The translations under genes and the position numbers were made by a program. Below the pieces are notes generated by a model. The model searched no databases. It had not been told where the DNA came from and worked only from the letters and a program-made list of their open reading frames with translations. DNA of 64,000 bases, taken from the NCBI RefSeq assembly GCF_006345805.1, contig NC_042997.1, forward strand, positions 130,944,001 through 131,008,000, read 5' to 3'. The DNA is from Octopus sinensis. Taxonomy: Eukaryota. The number at the start of each line of letters is the position of its first letter. The stretch's first letter is position 1. Shown here one piece after another: positions 25,891 through 39,692 of this stretch.

Positions 25891-26243
25891 AAGCTACTGT
25901 AACAGAAGAGTCACTAGTAAGTGAAATATGAAAGAATGGAATGTTTATGCTGTAGTGTGATGGAGGAAAAGGACAACAGAAAAAGAAGCAAACGGAAGAA
26001 AGAAATACAAAAGGCCCTACCTGTTGACTTCGGCAGAATCAGCGGTCACTCTCACGAATTAAACATGTCTTGTCTCACTGCTGTCTCTGCTCAAACTGAC
26101 CACATGTGCTTCCTGCCCATGCATGCCCTGTGCCTGTGTCACAGGCCCCTGCAGTCCTTACTTCCGTCCACCTCATCTGCAATCCCCTCCACCAACACCA
26201 CATAGCTCCATCACATCCCATAACACCACTAACACCACATTTA

Positions 26244-28306
26244 TGCTATAGTGAAAATGGTACCCCAATTCCCACATGACAGCTACTATAAAGTCAGTCA
26301 GTCAGTAATAGTTGAGTCATTGTATGAGTTCTCAGTTGGAGTCGGTGCCAGTTATGTAATATATAGGAGTTTGAGTTAGCGTCAAGGTAGATGTTTCAAA
26401 TTCGTCTTGTGGAGCTGTTGGTGATAGCATGACAAACAATTCACACTGACAAAGTTGAAAAAAAGATTTTTATCCATGAGAAAATTAACAATTCATGCAC
26501 ACAGCATAGAAAACTTTTTCACTTGAAATTAAAAACTCGACAGAAGAGTGACAAACATTGTTGCAGTACATATTTTATGAAAAATCTGTAAAATTATGGA
26601 AAACTTGTTACAATGTCTAGTTGCAAAAACAGCAGCAACAACAACTCAAAGAACAATAAAAACAACAACAAATGTTACAGCAACAAATGCTACAATTAAT
26701 GAAGTTGGTATCAAAACCTGAAAAATCATTTTCACCAGACCATGTAACAAATTCAATAAATGAATTTAAATATGACTCAGAAGAAGGAGTCACTTTTGAG
26801 GCATATTACCAAAGATTTGAACAAATTTTCGAAAAAGAATGCCAAGACTGGATGGATGAAATGAAAACATGTCTAATTCTGAAGAAACTGGTGATGACTG
26901 AGCACAAAAGATACTGTAACTTTATATTGCCTAAAAAAAGTTTCTGACATAAATTTCATGGATACAATTAACATTTTATGTAAAATGTTCAGTGAAAAAA
27001 CATCATTATTCAACACACATTGGAAGAGTTTGAACATGGAGAAAAGCAATGACAAAGACTTTACCACATATGTGGGTTGAGTGAACAGGAGTTCTAGAGA
27101 TTTAAACTGTATAAGCTAACTCCATGCTTGTTCAAGTGCCTGATTTTTGCTCAGGGACTTACTGCCAAAAAGGACACAGAAGTCAGAACAAAACTTCTCG
27201 CAAAGCTGGAAATGAACCATGATATAAGTGGACGATGATTCACATTATAAGAGTGCGATATGATATTAAAGGTAAGGAACGACACAGAAGAAATCCAGTG
27301 CAGAGATTGTTTATAGATAAAATCAGTGTGGAAGAGTTGGAGGATGGATAAAGTGTTTCACGAAAACATGATATGCAACAGGAAATAAACCCCAGTATGG
27401 CATGTGGAGGTAGGCATTCAAGAAAAGAGTGTCCATTCAAAAAAGCAAAGTGTTTTCATTGTGGGAATACAGGACACATTAAATCACACTGCAGAACTCA
27501 GATGATGAAAAATTGGACCAAACGAGGAAAAATAAATAGAAGTCACTTTGCAGCAATTCCTAAGGGTATACAGGGTGACACCGAACCCCAATACACCAGC
27601 AGGAAGCTCACCAGCAGAACTGATGTTCACAAGAAAGGTGAAATCAGTTTTTGATAAACTGTTACCTGGCAAGAAAAAAAAATAGCAGGAAAGACAATTC
27701 TAAATTTTTCTAAATTGGTGAAAAGGTGTACATGAGGTTGTATAAAAATGGAAAACAGTACTGGGAAGAAGGCAAAATTACAAAGTACATAGAAAAATGA
27801 TGTGCAAAATTAAAAGCAAAAAAGGTATTGGAAAAAGACACAGAAACCAATTGAAGAAGAGATTCACAGAAAATGAACCAGAGTGATTGGAAGAACCTAT
27901 GGAATGGTTGTATGACACATTCCAGGTACCAACACCATTACAGGTGGTTGAACCCATGTGTACAAGTGGGAAAAAAAGGAAGAACACAAAGTTCCTACAA
28001 ATAGATGCTAAAAAAAAATTAAGTTGGAAAAAATGCTAAAAAGGAGGAAGGGTGATTATAGTAAAATAAAAGTACTTGCTTCTCAAAGAAAAAAAATATT
28101 AAAAGGGGAGATGTTGTAATGAAAATGGTACACCCCTTCCCATGTGACAAAGTGGTACGACGCAGCCACTATAAAAGTCAGTCGGTCATAGTAGTAGAGT
28201 CATTGTACAAGTTCTCAGTTGGAGTCAGTGTCAGTTACATGATATATATAAGTTCAAGTTACCATCAAAGTCATTGTCTTGCAGAGCTATAAGCGGTAGC
28301 ATGATA
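26244..28306 (+). mobile_element. Degenerate Gypsy-type LTR retrotransposon, pol largely deleted
   Basis: Diverged ~190-bp LTRs at 26244-26434 (TG...CA) and 28112-28306; polypurine tract aaaaggggaga before the 3' LTR; gag remnants EFKYDSEEGVTFEAYYQRFE and CCHC knuckle CFHCGNTGHIKSHC. Confidence 0.8.
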
Positions 28307-28479
28307 GATGAGTCAAAGATGGTAAGAGGCAGAATACCGCCACAACTCTCACCTTACTGGCAGAGCTTCTACAATGCTGACCACAACATGTAAATGAACA
28401 AGGATTCACATTATAACAGCTTATGGGTTCTATAAACTTTATGAATACAAAATGGATTTTTTTTGGGGGGGGGGGGGGG

Positions 28480-28900
28480 GTTCAGTGATTCTCTCAAGGA
28501 GGTTATTCTTGGTAAATAGGACCTCCAAACTTTCTTTCATACAATAGTTTCAGAGTTTGCAGTTTCTTGTATAACTTGACTGCCATAAGATTTTTCCATT
28601 TGCAGCTCTATGTTGTTGATTGGTTTTTTAGACACTGGATGTAGCTAGTTAAATGAAGTTTGCTTTGACCTATTGGTGAAATTTAAAAGAATAAGCATGT
28701 AAATTATACTTAGATTTAAATGGGGTTGTAAGCCATACCTATGTAGGAGTTTAGATGAGTTGTGGGAGTTGATTATACATTTTTACATAATGTTCTTAAG
28801 AAAGAAGTTGCTATTGAGTGGATAGTTGTTGATGAAGTTGAAGGATATCATAGAAGAGTGGCTATTGTTTTTTGTTCAGTTTGTAGTGGTTAGTTCAACC
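28480..28900 (-). mobile_element. Possible Penelope-like (GIY-YIG end) remnant
   Basis: Highly decayed minus-strand reading with WKIL...LCMKESLEVL-like words; weak. Confidence 0.3.
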
Positions 28901-29179
28901 CTTTTTCCATCTTCATCACTGTCAGCATCTCCTTGCATCCCTCTTCAACCTCATCCACATTGTTGAACCTCTTTCTATGCAGAAAATGAAGTATGGCTCA
29001 GAAAAGGTGGCAATATGATTGTGCAAGGTAAGGCTGTAAACTGGCAGAATTGTTACCATGCTGGGCAGAATGCTTAGCAGCATTTCATCTGTCTTTATGT
29101 TCCACGTTCATATTCCACTAAGGTCAACTTTGCCTTACATCCTTTCAGAGACAATAAAGTAAGTACAGTTGAGCACAAG

Positions 29180-29260
29180 TTCCTCAAGTTTGCATTTGGT
29201 CACATTGGCAGTGTGTACTGGGGCATTGTCATATTGTAGGAGTGAACATCTTTGAATGAC
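29180..29260 (-). mobile_element. Mariner/Tc1 catalytic-domain fragment
   Basis: LLQYDNAPVHTANVTKCKLEEL (HDNAP-type motif). Confidence 0.55.
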
Positions 29261-29354
29261 CAATGTCAGGTAGTGAGCTTTCAAAGCATCATATACATAG
29301 GTGTTGAGCATAAAAGTGTTCACAGCATAAAAATCTGGCACAAGCACAAAGGGC

Positions 29355-31953
29355 GAGAGGCCCTATACTATCAGCAGAGGTAGGAGCTCTCTGAACTTTG
29401 TCCAGCCTATTCTTATTCTAGTAGCTACGCTCTCAGTGCATCACCCACCCCATCACTACTGACTTGGTCGTCTAGGTAACAGAAACTATTGACTTCTTCT
29501 AGTTTTTTCCCCTGGCATGTGATGGAATTTATTTTCTGTACATGTTGGTGTTTATTGTACCTGTGCACCTTCCACACACAAAAACTATCTTCCCTGTTAA
29601 CCTTCCTCTGATATTGCTGCACCTTCTTGTCTCGCAAGTTACTTGGTGACCCTGCCAGTGCTGGTGCCACATAAAAAGCATCCAGTCCACACTGTAGAGT
29701 GGTTGGCATTTGGAAGGGCATACAGCTGTAAAAAACCATGCCAAAACTGACCTCACATGTGCTGGTGCCATGTATAAAACACCCACTCTACTCTGTGGGG
29801 TGGTTGGTGTTAGGAAAGGCTTCCAGCTACAAAAACTGTGCCAGAACAGAGACAATAGCCCAGTATAGTCTTCATGGCTGGCTTATGTTTCCATAGCTTA
29901 TACTAGGTACATCTTATGGAGTTTCTACCTATGCCTTTTCTACAGATCAAGCAGAGCCAACTACCTGAAGGGATTTGTGATTTGTCCGCCTTCCTACTTA
30001 CTAAGACTTTAGTTTTTACTAGGTTAACTCTAAGACTTTTCAATTCTAGACCTTGCTTCCACACCTGAAGTTTCTACTCTAGTTCTTAGAGTAGAAGTAA
30101 TTAGAGCAAGGTCATCAGCATAGAGGAGCTCCCAGTGGCAGCCTGTCTTGAATTCCTCTGTTATTGCCTGGGGAACTATGATGAATAAGGGTGGTGGTGG
30201 CTGAGGACTGATCCTTGGTGAACACCTACTTATACCCTGAATTCATTGCTGCACTCATTTACAACCTTCACCTTATTGACAGCATCCCTATACATGGCTT
30301 GCACAGCTCTTCATCAACCACTCACCTATCCCTAGTTTCTGCATTGACCACCAGAGAAGAGATTGGGGGACCCTATCAAAGGCTTTCTCCATATCAATAA
30401 AAGCCAAGTACAGAAGTTTATCTTTGGCTAGGTATTTCTCCTGCAGTTGTCTTACTAGAAATATTGCATCAGTGGTGCTTCTCCCTGGCACAAACCCCAA
30501 ATGCATCTCATCTAAACTCTCTCCCTAATTAGTTGGGTTATGACCCTCTCTGTGACTTTCATCACTTGATCCAACAATTTGAAACCTCTATAGTTTTTCT
30601 TATCTAAGGCATCACTTTGTGGAGGCACATGGCCTGAGGGATCATGGATTTGAATCTCAAACCAGGTGATGTGTGTGTTTATGAGTGAATCACCTAAGCT
30701 CCACGTGGCTCTGGCAGAAGGTAATGGTAAACTTCTGCTGATTCTTTCACCACAACTTTCTCTCACTCTTTCCTGTATCTAGCAACTCACCTGCGATGGA
30801 CCAGCATCCTGTCCAAGTGGGGAACCTATATGCTAATGAAACTGAGAAACCAGCTCTTATGTGCCAGGCATGGCTCAAGAAGGAAAAAAACAACAAGGCA
30901 TCACCTTTATCTTTGTCATAGGTGACTATGGTACTGTTACACCAGTCATTGGGTATGAATTCTTTGTGTATCACCTGGTTGACTATACAGGTGAGTAGAC
31001 TATAGCCTACACCGCCAGATATTTTAAGCATCTGAGCAGTGATTCCTGGTGGGCTGGGGTCTTTCTTTGTCTTCATATCCTTAATTGCTTTATCTACCTA
31101 GGTACTGTCAATTTGGATAGCTGGTCCCTTGTTGGGTCAACATTTGGCAGGCTCACTTTCCCCCATTCATTCTCTTCACTTAGCAACCTTTCATAGTGGC
31201 ATCTCCAAGTCTCTCTCTTTGCAGCATCATTAAATGCACGTGAACCATCATCCATGTGGACACATTTTTCTCCTATGGCATCACGATTTTCTCTCACACA
31301 CTGTCTTGCAATTTGAAGTACTTCTAGTCTCTGGTCCTCATGATGCAGAACATTGACAAATCTCTTCTTTTCTGCTTCCCCTCTGGCTAAGTAGACCTGT
31401 TTCTTAGCTTCCCTTCTGGCTATCTGATACAGTTCACTGCTGCCACCACACTTCCAGTCTGTCCAGGCCTGTTTCTTTTTCCTATTGGCCCTGTCAACTA
31501 TATTGTTCCATCAGCATGTCACCTTAGGTCGAGTCAGGGATCTTGCACTAGCCACAGATCTGGTCAGTAGCCCTGAATAGGTTGTCCTGTAGGAACCTCC
31601 TGTCATCCTCTACATTACGTGTTGGTATATCCTCCTCTTTTTAGTCAAATTCTTCAAGTATTACGTCTCTAAATCTCTGTCCATCCAGAGGATCCTTAAG
31701 TTTCCAAACCCTTCTTTTCCACACTGGTCGTCTTCTGGGCAGCCATTTAGCCCTGATCCTGAAGTCGCCAACAACTAACCTATGTTGTGGGGTGCATTCT
31801 TCACCTGGGAAAGTTTTGGCATTTATAAGTAGCCATCTTTATCATTTGCTAGTGAGGATGTAGTCAATCTGTCTAGTGTGTCCACCAGACTGGTAGGTGA
31901 ACAGGTGACTGGCAGGTTTCCTGAAGTTAGTATTACAGACCATAAGACCATTT
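29355..31953 (-). mobile_element. Longer degenerate PHD-RTE family LINE (endonuclease C-terminus through RT), with nested insertions
   Basis: NTNFRKPASHLFTYQSGGHTRQIDYIL (APE end), GFVPGRSTTDAIFLVRQLQEKYL, LYADD at 30111-30122, VFVCGRC; collinear with 51062-53038. Confidence 0.9.
30620..30885 (+). mobile_element. V-domain-like SINE nested in the LINE
   Basis: Homologous to 6841-7090. Confidence 0.7.
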
Positions 31954-32451
31954 AACTACTGGTGTTGGTTTGTTTATATCCCCATAACTTATTAGTTCAG
32001 CAAAAGAGACTTATGAAAATAAACAGTGGGGTCAATCTGGCTGACTCCTTTAAGGCAGTGCCCCAGCATTGCCACAGTCCAATGACTGAAACAAGTGAAA
32101 GACAAAAGAATAAAGATGTATGAGTGTGTGTGTGTGTGTATGTGTGAGTGCATGTATGAGTGTGTGTGTGTCTATGAGTTTGTGTGTGTGTATGTGAGTG
32201 CATGTATGAGAGTGTGTGTGTGTGTGTGTGTTTGTGTGTATATGTGTATCTTTGTGTCTGTGTTTGTCCATCACCACCACTTGACAACCGGTGGTGTGTG
32301 TTTATGACCTCATAACTTAGCAGTTTGGCAAAACAGACCGATAAAATAAATATAAGGCTTAAAAAATAAAAATAAGTACTTGGTCAGTTAATTCGACAAA
32401 AACTTCAAGGTAGTGCTCCTGCATGGCCACAGTCTAGTGACTTAAGTAAAG

Positions 32452-32868
32452 GGCAATCTTTCGTCTCTAGTAGACCTTTCCGTCGATTTCCGTAAAAAAT
32501 TCTTTTTTTTTTTACATATGGGCTTGCGGGAACTTTTGAAGTAATGAGAGCGAAAGAGACTAAGAGAAAGCGATTGTATGACGAGGGAAATTCTTTTGAA
32601 GTTACCGTGCATGGGAAGCATTGATGTACATGTGTGTGTGTGTGTTTGATGGGGTGTGGGAGACAGACAGTATGTTGTGTAAGTGAAGTGCTTCTGTTAG
32701 TGTGTGTGAAGAGACAGAGTAATGTGTGAAAGAAAGAGATAACTGATTTTTTTTACTCGGTGTATGTGTATATGTATATTACTTCAAAAGTTCCCGCAAG
32801 CCCATATGTAAAAAAAAAAAATTTTTACGGAAATCGACGGAAAGGTCTACTAGAGACGAAAGATCGCC
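32452..32868. mobile_element. MITE with ~95-bp TIRs and 8-bp TSD (Merlin-like)
   Basis: TIR ggc(a/g)atctttcgtctctagtagacctttccgtcgatttccgtaaaaa...gggcttgcgggaacttttgaagtaat; perfect TSD aagtaaag at 32444-32451 and 32869-32876; GG..CC termini. Confidence 0.85.
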
Positions 32869-33299
32869 AAGTAAAGAATAAAAGATTTTAAAAAGATTAT
32901 ACATTGAGTTCTATATCTCTCGTTTATGCATACTCTCTTCTGACTATCCATTCTTTTCTCTTTTTCCTTTTCTCTAGACTTCGTTACACTTTCTAACGAA
33001 GAGCCATTCTTGGAACGTCGTATTTTTACTTTTAATTTCCCATTTAAAACCTCCCGAGCGTCGTCCATTTGACTTGTGCTGTTTTTATTTTTGAAGTCAC
33101 CCTTCGTCACCAATATACGTACATCCATCCATCCATTCATACGTTGACATCATAAGAATTTTTATAAAATTCCGAGTGATCGTGAAATAATTCTTTTTTG
33201 GAACGGTGAATCTTGGAGCATATAAAGCTATAGATAATAAGATGTAAATATTGAGTTGAAAAACTCCTTTCTGAGAGAAAAAGTCGATGGCTACCTTTG

Positions 33300-33794
33300 G
33301 GACACGAACCCACATATCTTGTAGACATGAAAAGCATTTTACTGTTGTCCGCTCCTGTGTCCGGGCAGCCTTTGACTTTTCCTTTTCATTAGGACTTTTC
33401 AATTCAATATATACATGCTGTGATTTATGGATTTATTAGATTTATGTGCTTCGAGACACATTATTCCCACGCACACACATACATGCCCGCACACGCACAC
33501 AATATATATAATGCAGAAACAAACAGTATAAGCATTTCTTATCTACTTCACACTTTCAATATTTTTATATTGTCTTCCTAATCTACTTAGTTACGAAAGT
33601 ATCCATCCCTGCGCTCTAAGTTTTAAACCTATATAGAACGAAAACAGTACAACAAACATTTTCATATAGTTTATTATATCACTTTGTGCTATCCATAGTT
33701 TACCCTCGACCCTATGCAACCACGATAACACTTATTTTAGTTTCCTTGGAGAAGTCAAGTGTAGTGAGCTGAACGACACATTTATCAGGTAAGT
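33300..33794 (+). promoter_or_regulatory. Putative promoter/non-coding first exon of the zinc-finger gene
   Basis: TE-poor, CpG-retaining region ending in a consensus donor CAG|GTAAGT at 33788/33789; candidate acceptor ttttccag|g at 41102/41103 precedes the ZNF ORF. Confidence 0.4.
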
Positions 33795-33990
33795 GATTTT
33801 TGTTATGGTAACAGCTAATAACAGTTCTTGTTTTAAGCACCATCCAGTTACCCATCCATCCATCCATCCATCCCGCACTCCGACCCTGAAAATTCTGAGA
33901 AAAGATAAGCTCTAAGTCATGTTTTATTTATTGTCCTGGTATTCGCAGCCGCTGAGTCATTCTTTGTCTCCGGCAACTGTGTCGCCAAAT

Positions 33991-33992
<2 letters not shown>

Positions 33993-34025
<33 letters not shown>

Positions 34026-34161
34026 CACGCACATATATGCAGATACACATATAAATCACCTGAGTACACACACATATATACATACAAACATACGCATACA
34101 TATTTATGTGTATAAATATATATACATACATACATATATATATGTGTGTATATATATATAT

Positions 34162-34240
<79 letters not shown>

Positions 34241-34290
34241 TGCGTGTGCATATGTTTGTGTATATGTGTATATATGCATGTGTGTGTGTT
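33993..34290. repeat. Compound (TA)n/(CA)n/(TG)n microsatellite
   Basis: Direct inspection. Confidence 0.9.
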
Positions 34291-35131
34291 TTGTGTACAT
34301 CAGTCCCCATCCTTGTATAGATTACTTTAGCCAACTGTCTTTCTTCTTAAGAGAAACTATATATTATAAAACAAGTTTTTAAAATTCTCCTGTCGTCATT
34401 TTCCTTGCACGAAAAAGAAATAAAATAGAAAATAAATCGTGTTCCCCCCATTTTGTAATCTTTAATCAAGTTCTTGATTAGTTTTTCTTACTTTTTCCAG
34501 TCTTTCCTGGAAAATAATAAGTAAACTTGACGCACTTGCCGTCTGTGTTTATATAGCAGGATCGATTAGATGAATGTTTACTAAGCAGATTTGTGAATAC
34601 GAAGTAAAGGAGAATGTTATTTTTCTTTTTACACTTCAGTGTATGTACTTTTAATGATTTTGTCATTTATTTCTTTTGCTTCAGATCGCAGATTTCGATC
34701 GTACTGAGAAAAACTAATGCTTTTATTTATTATTTCTTGTAAAGTTGAATATAATGACCGAATCAATAATTTTTATTATTTTGTCGGTGCTTGAAATACA
34801 GGCTTTCGTTTTGTTAGTTTCCTTCTGTCAAGTCATTTAGTACACACAAACAGAGACTACGATCATTACAACAAGCAATATCAAAAATAATGTCACTTAA
34901 AGACAATGTTTATGCCTTTCCTACTTCATTACAGTTTAATTAAAATTATTTTGTGACTTAAAGTCGAATAATAAATTGTTCATGCATAATTTACTGCCTT
35001 AGCGTGGCACTCCTTCCTATCCTGAACTTATTTAAACCCCATTTTTAAGTGCAAGACGTAGTAGACTTTTGATAATGGTTAGAAAAACTATGAAAATAAA
35101 TATTTCTTTGTTCTCTCTCTCTCTCTCCCCC

Positions 35132-35173
<42 letters not shown>

Positions 35174-35799
35174 ACTTTAGGAACTTTTTGCAATAATACT
35201 ACAAATAATGACTGATAAGAAGTTTGCACTGAAACATTTTCAAAAGTAAACTTCCTCATTTTATCATTGTTCAGATTTTTAAATCCTGTCGTGACCAACT
35301 TTGCTATTCATTCATCCAGGGTCCTCAAACTAAAATATCAATTATATATACTGCAGTTGATATATAATCAACTGATTTCTTGTTTGCAAACCTGAGACAT
35401 CTGCCTAACAGAATTCTCTTATAGAGACTAGTTCATCTAATTATAATTTGTTCGTTTGAAATTTCCAAAGTAAAACACTGGAAATATATTTTAGAACATG
35501 CTACTTGTTTTTGAAACCTTGCTAATAATGTGACAGTTAATGTTGTGATACATTTATTCATATTTTTCTGCTGTCTCCAGTTTGCCTGGTTGATAATATA
35601 GGATTGGCTTTGATTTCATGATTTAGTATTTAGCTGTAGGAAGAACAAATCTTTTAATACGAATATATTCTCCAGCTATAAGCCAATGTTCAAATATGCA
35701 AAAAAATAAAATAAAAATATCCCCATCAATGACAACTTAGAGGACGGGTGCAAAAATCAACACAGGAACCTCTATGTTAAAAGTATATAATGGGAGCAT

Positions 35800-36130
35800 C
35801 ATCATCGTCGTTTTACCCCTCAATTTTCTATGCTTACAAGTGTGAAACGGAGGTTATTGAGGCAGATTTTCAATAGCTGGATGCCCTTCCCAACCAGAGT
35901 GGACTGAGTGCTTTTTACGTGGCACCAGCACAGGCGAGGTCAGTTTTGGCATGATTTTAATAGCTGGATGCCCTTTCAAATGCCAACCACTTTACAGTGT
36001 AGACTGGGTGCTTTTTACGTGACATCAGCACAGGCGAGGTCAGTTTTGCCAAGGTTTTAATAGCTGGATGCCCTTCCAAATGCCATCCACTTTACAGTGT
36101 GGACTGGGTGCTTTTTAAGAGGCACCTGCA
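35800..36130 (-). mobile_element. RTE-family 3' tail with a triplicated ~90-bp terminal module
   Basis: tagctggatgccct...gactg.gtgcttttta occurs three times in tandem. Confidence 0.7.
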
Positions 36131-38596
36131 CTGGCAGGGTCACCGAGTAAGTTTGCAAGACAAAGAATCTTTGAGAGTGGGGGAGGCATTGGAGGAAGTG
36201 ATCTTGTGTCAGATGATGAAAGTTTAGAGTGTGACAGAGAGACAAACAGGTGTCTTGCTGAAGAAGGGGTACATGGTTACCCGGCTAGAGAGAGAGAGGG
36301 AGAGAAAGTTAACAAAAATGAGGACAGAAACGGGTATCCTGCTGTAAAGGAGATACATGGTTACCCTGCAAGAGGGAAGAGCAAGAGATACACAAACTCA
36401 TACAATGAACATCTTTCAGTTCCAATCAACTGAATCCACTCATGGCTCTGGTAACCTAGGTGGAATAGGGAGTGGTTGGAGACCATGCGGTTGTTAGCCT
36501 CAAATTGCCAGGTCTGGTCGGTGTTTGTGAGAGATGCAGCATTGAGGATGAATGAAGCCAGCTCAACCCACCCCGGGTGAATGCTGTTTCAAGACAAGAG
36601 GGTTTGTAGGGGAAAACACTTGCCTGAGGTGCCTTGCCTTAGGACTGAACCAGAAACCATGTGGTTGGGAAGAAAACTTCTTAACCACCCAGCCACCCCT
36701 GCAACTACAGAAACTCAGTAAATAATTACTGAAGTCTTTTATTGAAGTCTTGTAGTCATCCATGTAATGCTGTAGTTGTACCATTAAATAATCGAACTCC
36801 TACATAGAATGTTGCTTCATTTAATAACCCAGCTTATGTGACCATGTAGTTGAGTTACATGACCTAGCAAGTGTGTCAGGCTTACCATATCTTAATCACA
36901 GAAATCTTATATTTTTTCCTTCCTTTTACAATGCAATTGATCTTTAACATACTCCTACTTTCAAAATCAAGCCAACTCTGCATAGATTAGTTTTCAAGCT
37001 CCCGGTGATTGAATCTGAATTAATTTCTAAACTCATGTTGCTTTATTATGGATGAGTTTTAGACCTGTGATACTGGGACATGGATCAATTTTTAAATTCA
37101 TTTTGAGTTTGATCACTTTTGTGCATTAGGTGTAATGCAAATTCATTGTCATTTAGTATATCTGAACCGTGTACAGATATAATCCAAAACTATGTTAAAA
37201 TTGCCGCACCTCGACCACTGGAATGTTATAGTTCCCCCTTTCACAGTGTACTTGACCTCTGACACACTCCTGTTTCAAACTCTTTATCTATTGATTTATG
37301 GAGTTCCAATTGTGCCTGGAACTATTTTCCCAACTAATGGTGCTTTGGCAGGGATTATCTTGAAACTCATGTTGTTTAGGCATGGGTTAGCTTCAAACTC
37401 CAGTGTATTATTACTGGGCATCCTTACAATGTAAAATTTTATTTGTCATTCAGTATTTCTTAACTTAGTCAACATTACAGTAAGCCCAGTGAGTGTTTGC
37501 TCAAGTCGTTTATTGAAGTCTCACAGTAAAGTATTCATCCAAATAATGTTGTAGTCACATGTGGATCTTTAGCTCTAGAAGCATTATCTAATTGTATAAT
37601 CACACACCCAGATTGAACTGCTAGCCTGGATTTATTCTGTTTGGCTGTCACTTTTCAATTTCTGCAACTTTTGTTCCAATTGATTTCATATATGATGTGT
37701 TGATGTAGTTTTATATGGTAATTATTGACATGAAATTCATTTTTACTATAAATCAATCTATAAAGAGTTAATAGCTTTTAAAGTTAGAAAATTTGGGGTA
37801 ACTTTTTTAGCCAATCAAAAGCCACAAACATATAGGTGTCTGTTTCCATAATAAAAAACCAAGCTGCTTACCCATGTAGTAATTTTTCGTTTATTAAATG
37901 CTTAAAACACATGAGATATGAGGTGATCCTCAAATGTGCTAAAAACAATAAGCTAAATAGGCCTTGAATCATGCACAATTTTTGTTTTTGCATAATTGTA
38001 TTCCTGTGTGCAGAATACAAATTCACAAAATTTTTCTGAAAATTCCAAAAAAATAAACAAGTTATGAGAGGTTATAATAGCATGCATAAAGCAGAATTCT
38101 ACCAATATTTCATTTGTTTACAGTGAAAATGACAGCTTCCAATTCTTGTTTTCTGACTGGGTAAAAATAATCAAACTTTAAACCTCTGTAACTTTTTAAA
38201 AAAATTTTTTAGAAAAAGTGGATTAGCCCCCGAAATTTAGCATGGAAACTTACCTCAATACATCAGATTTTAAAATTTTCACTAAACTTTAAAATTTCCA
38301 CAGGTGCAAGCCAAAAAGAAAAGATCCACTAGTCCTGTTAAACAGTCTGGTTCATGTGCCCTTCAGGTTGAGTAACATGACAGAAAATAATGTGGATGAC
38401 AGTAAATATTTTGGATGTGAACCCTTTTAATACCAGTAGTAAACTTTAAGTGTATTTGAACATGTATATCTGAGCTGAGAAAAATAAGGTATCTTTCATT
38501 TTAGAAATTGATAGGTGCATCAGCTTATATTACATTACAGCTTTGAGCTTAGGTATTAAGCAATTTGTTTTCATATTGGCTTTTAGTTACCTTTCT

Positions 38597-39018
38597 CTCT
38601 TTCTCTTTTACTTGTTTCAGTCATTTGGCTGCGGCCATGCTGGAGCACCGCTTTTAGTCAAGCAAATCGACCCCAGGACTTATTATTTGTAAGCCTGGTA
38701 CTTATTCTATCGGTCTCTTTTGCCGAACCGCTAAGTTACAGGGACGCAAACACACCAGCATTGGTTGTCAAGCGATGTTGTGTGTGTGTGTGTGGGGGGG
38801 GGGGACACAGACACACAAACACACACACACATATAAAAATATATATACATATATATATGACGGGCTTCTTCCAGTTTCTGTCTACCAAATCCACTCACAA
38901 GGCTTTGGTCGGCCCGAGGCTATAGTAGAAGACACTTGCCAAAGGTACCATGCAGTGGGACTGAACTTGGAATCATGTGGTTGGTAAGCAAGCTACTTAC
39001 CACACAGCCACTCCTGTG
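38597..39018 (-). mobile_element. SINE family A, full length
   Basis: Matches the other copies. Confidence 0.9.
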
Positions 39019-39317
39019 CTTTATCGACAATTGGTTTCAAATGGAGACAAAGAAGTTCCCTAACCAAATCTTCCTCAAATCACGTCTTAGCCTCTGAAAA
39101 AAAAAAGTAAACATTGGGTAATATAGTTCTAGGTACACTGTGACTGAAAATATTGGATAGTCACAACTAGATTGGGGTTGTCATTTTGATCATAAATCTG
39201 TTTTATCAGGGCCTCCATGGTGGCCAACCAACAACATAGAGTCTACAAGTGAGACAAATAAAACAAAATAGCTTCCACAGATGAATAAATGAATATAATT
39301 ATAAAACAATTAAAGAG

Positions 39318-39692
39318 CATCATCATCATCTTTTAACGTCCATTTTCCATGCTAGCATGGGTTGGACGATTTGACTGAAGTCTGGTGAACCAGATGGCTG
39401 CACCAGGCTCCAATCTGATCTGGCAGAGTTTCTACAGCTGGATGCCCTTCCTAACGCCAACCACTCTGAGAGTGTAGTGGGTGCTTTTACGTGTCACCGG
39501 CACGCGGACCAGTCAGGCGGTACTGGCAATGGCCACACTCAAATGGTGCTTTTTATGTGCCTCCTGCACAGGAGCCAGTCCAGCGGTACTGGCAACAACC
39601 TCGCTTGAATGTTTTTTCATGTGCCACCAGCACAAGTGCCAGTAAGGCAACGCAGGTAATGATCCCGCTTGAATGGTGGTTTTTACGTGCCA
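39318..39692 (-). mobile_element. PHD-RTE family 3' tail
   Basis: Reverse complement of 2153-2593-like sequence. Confidence 0.85.

Noticed and set aside
33917-34382. YI/VC-rich ORFs
   Set aside because: Translations of (TA)n/(CA)n tracts
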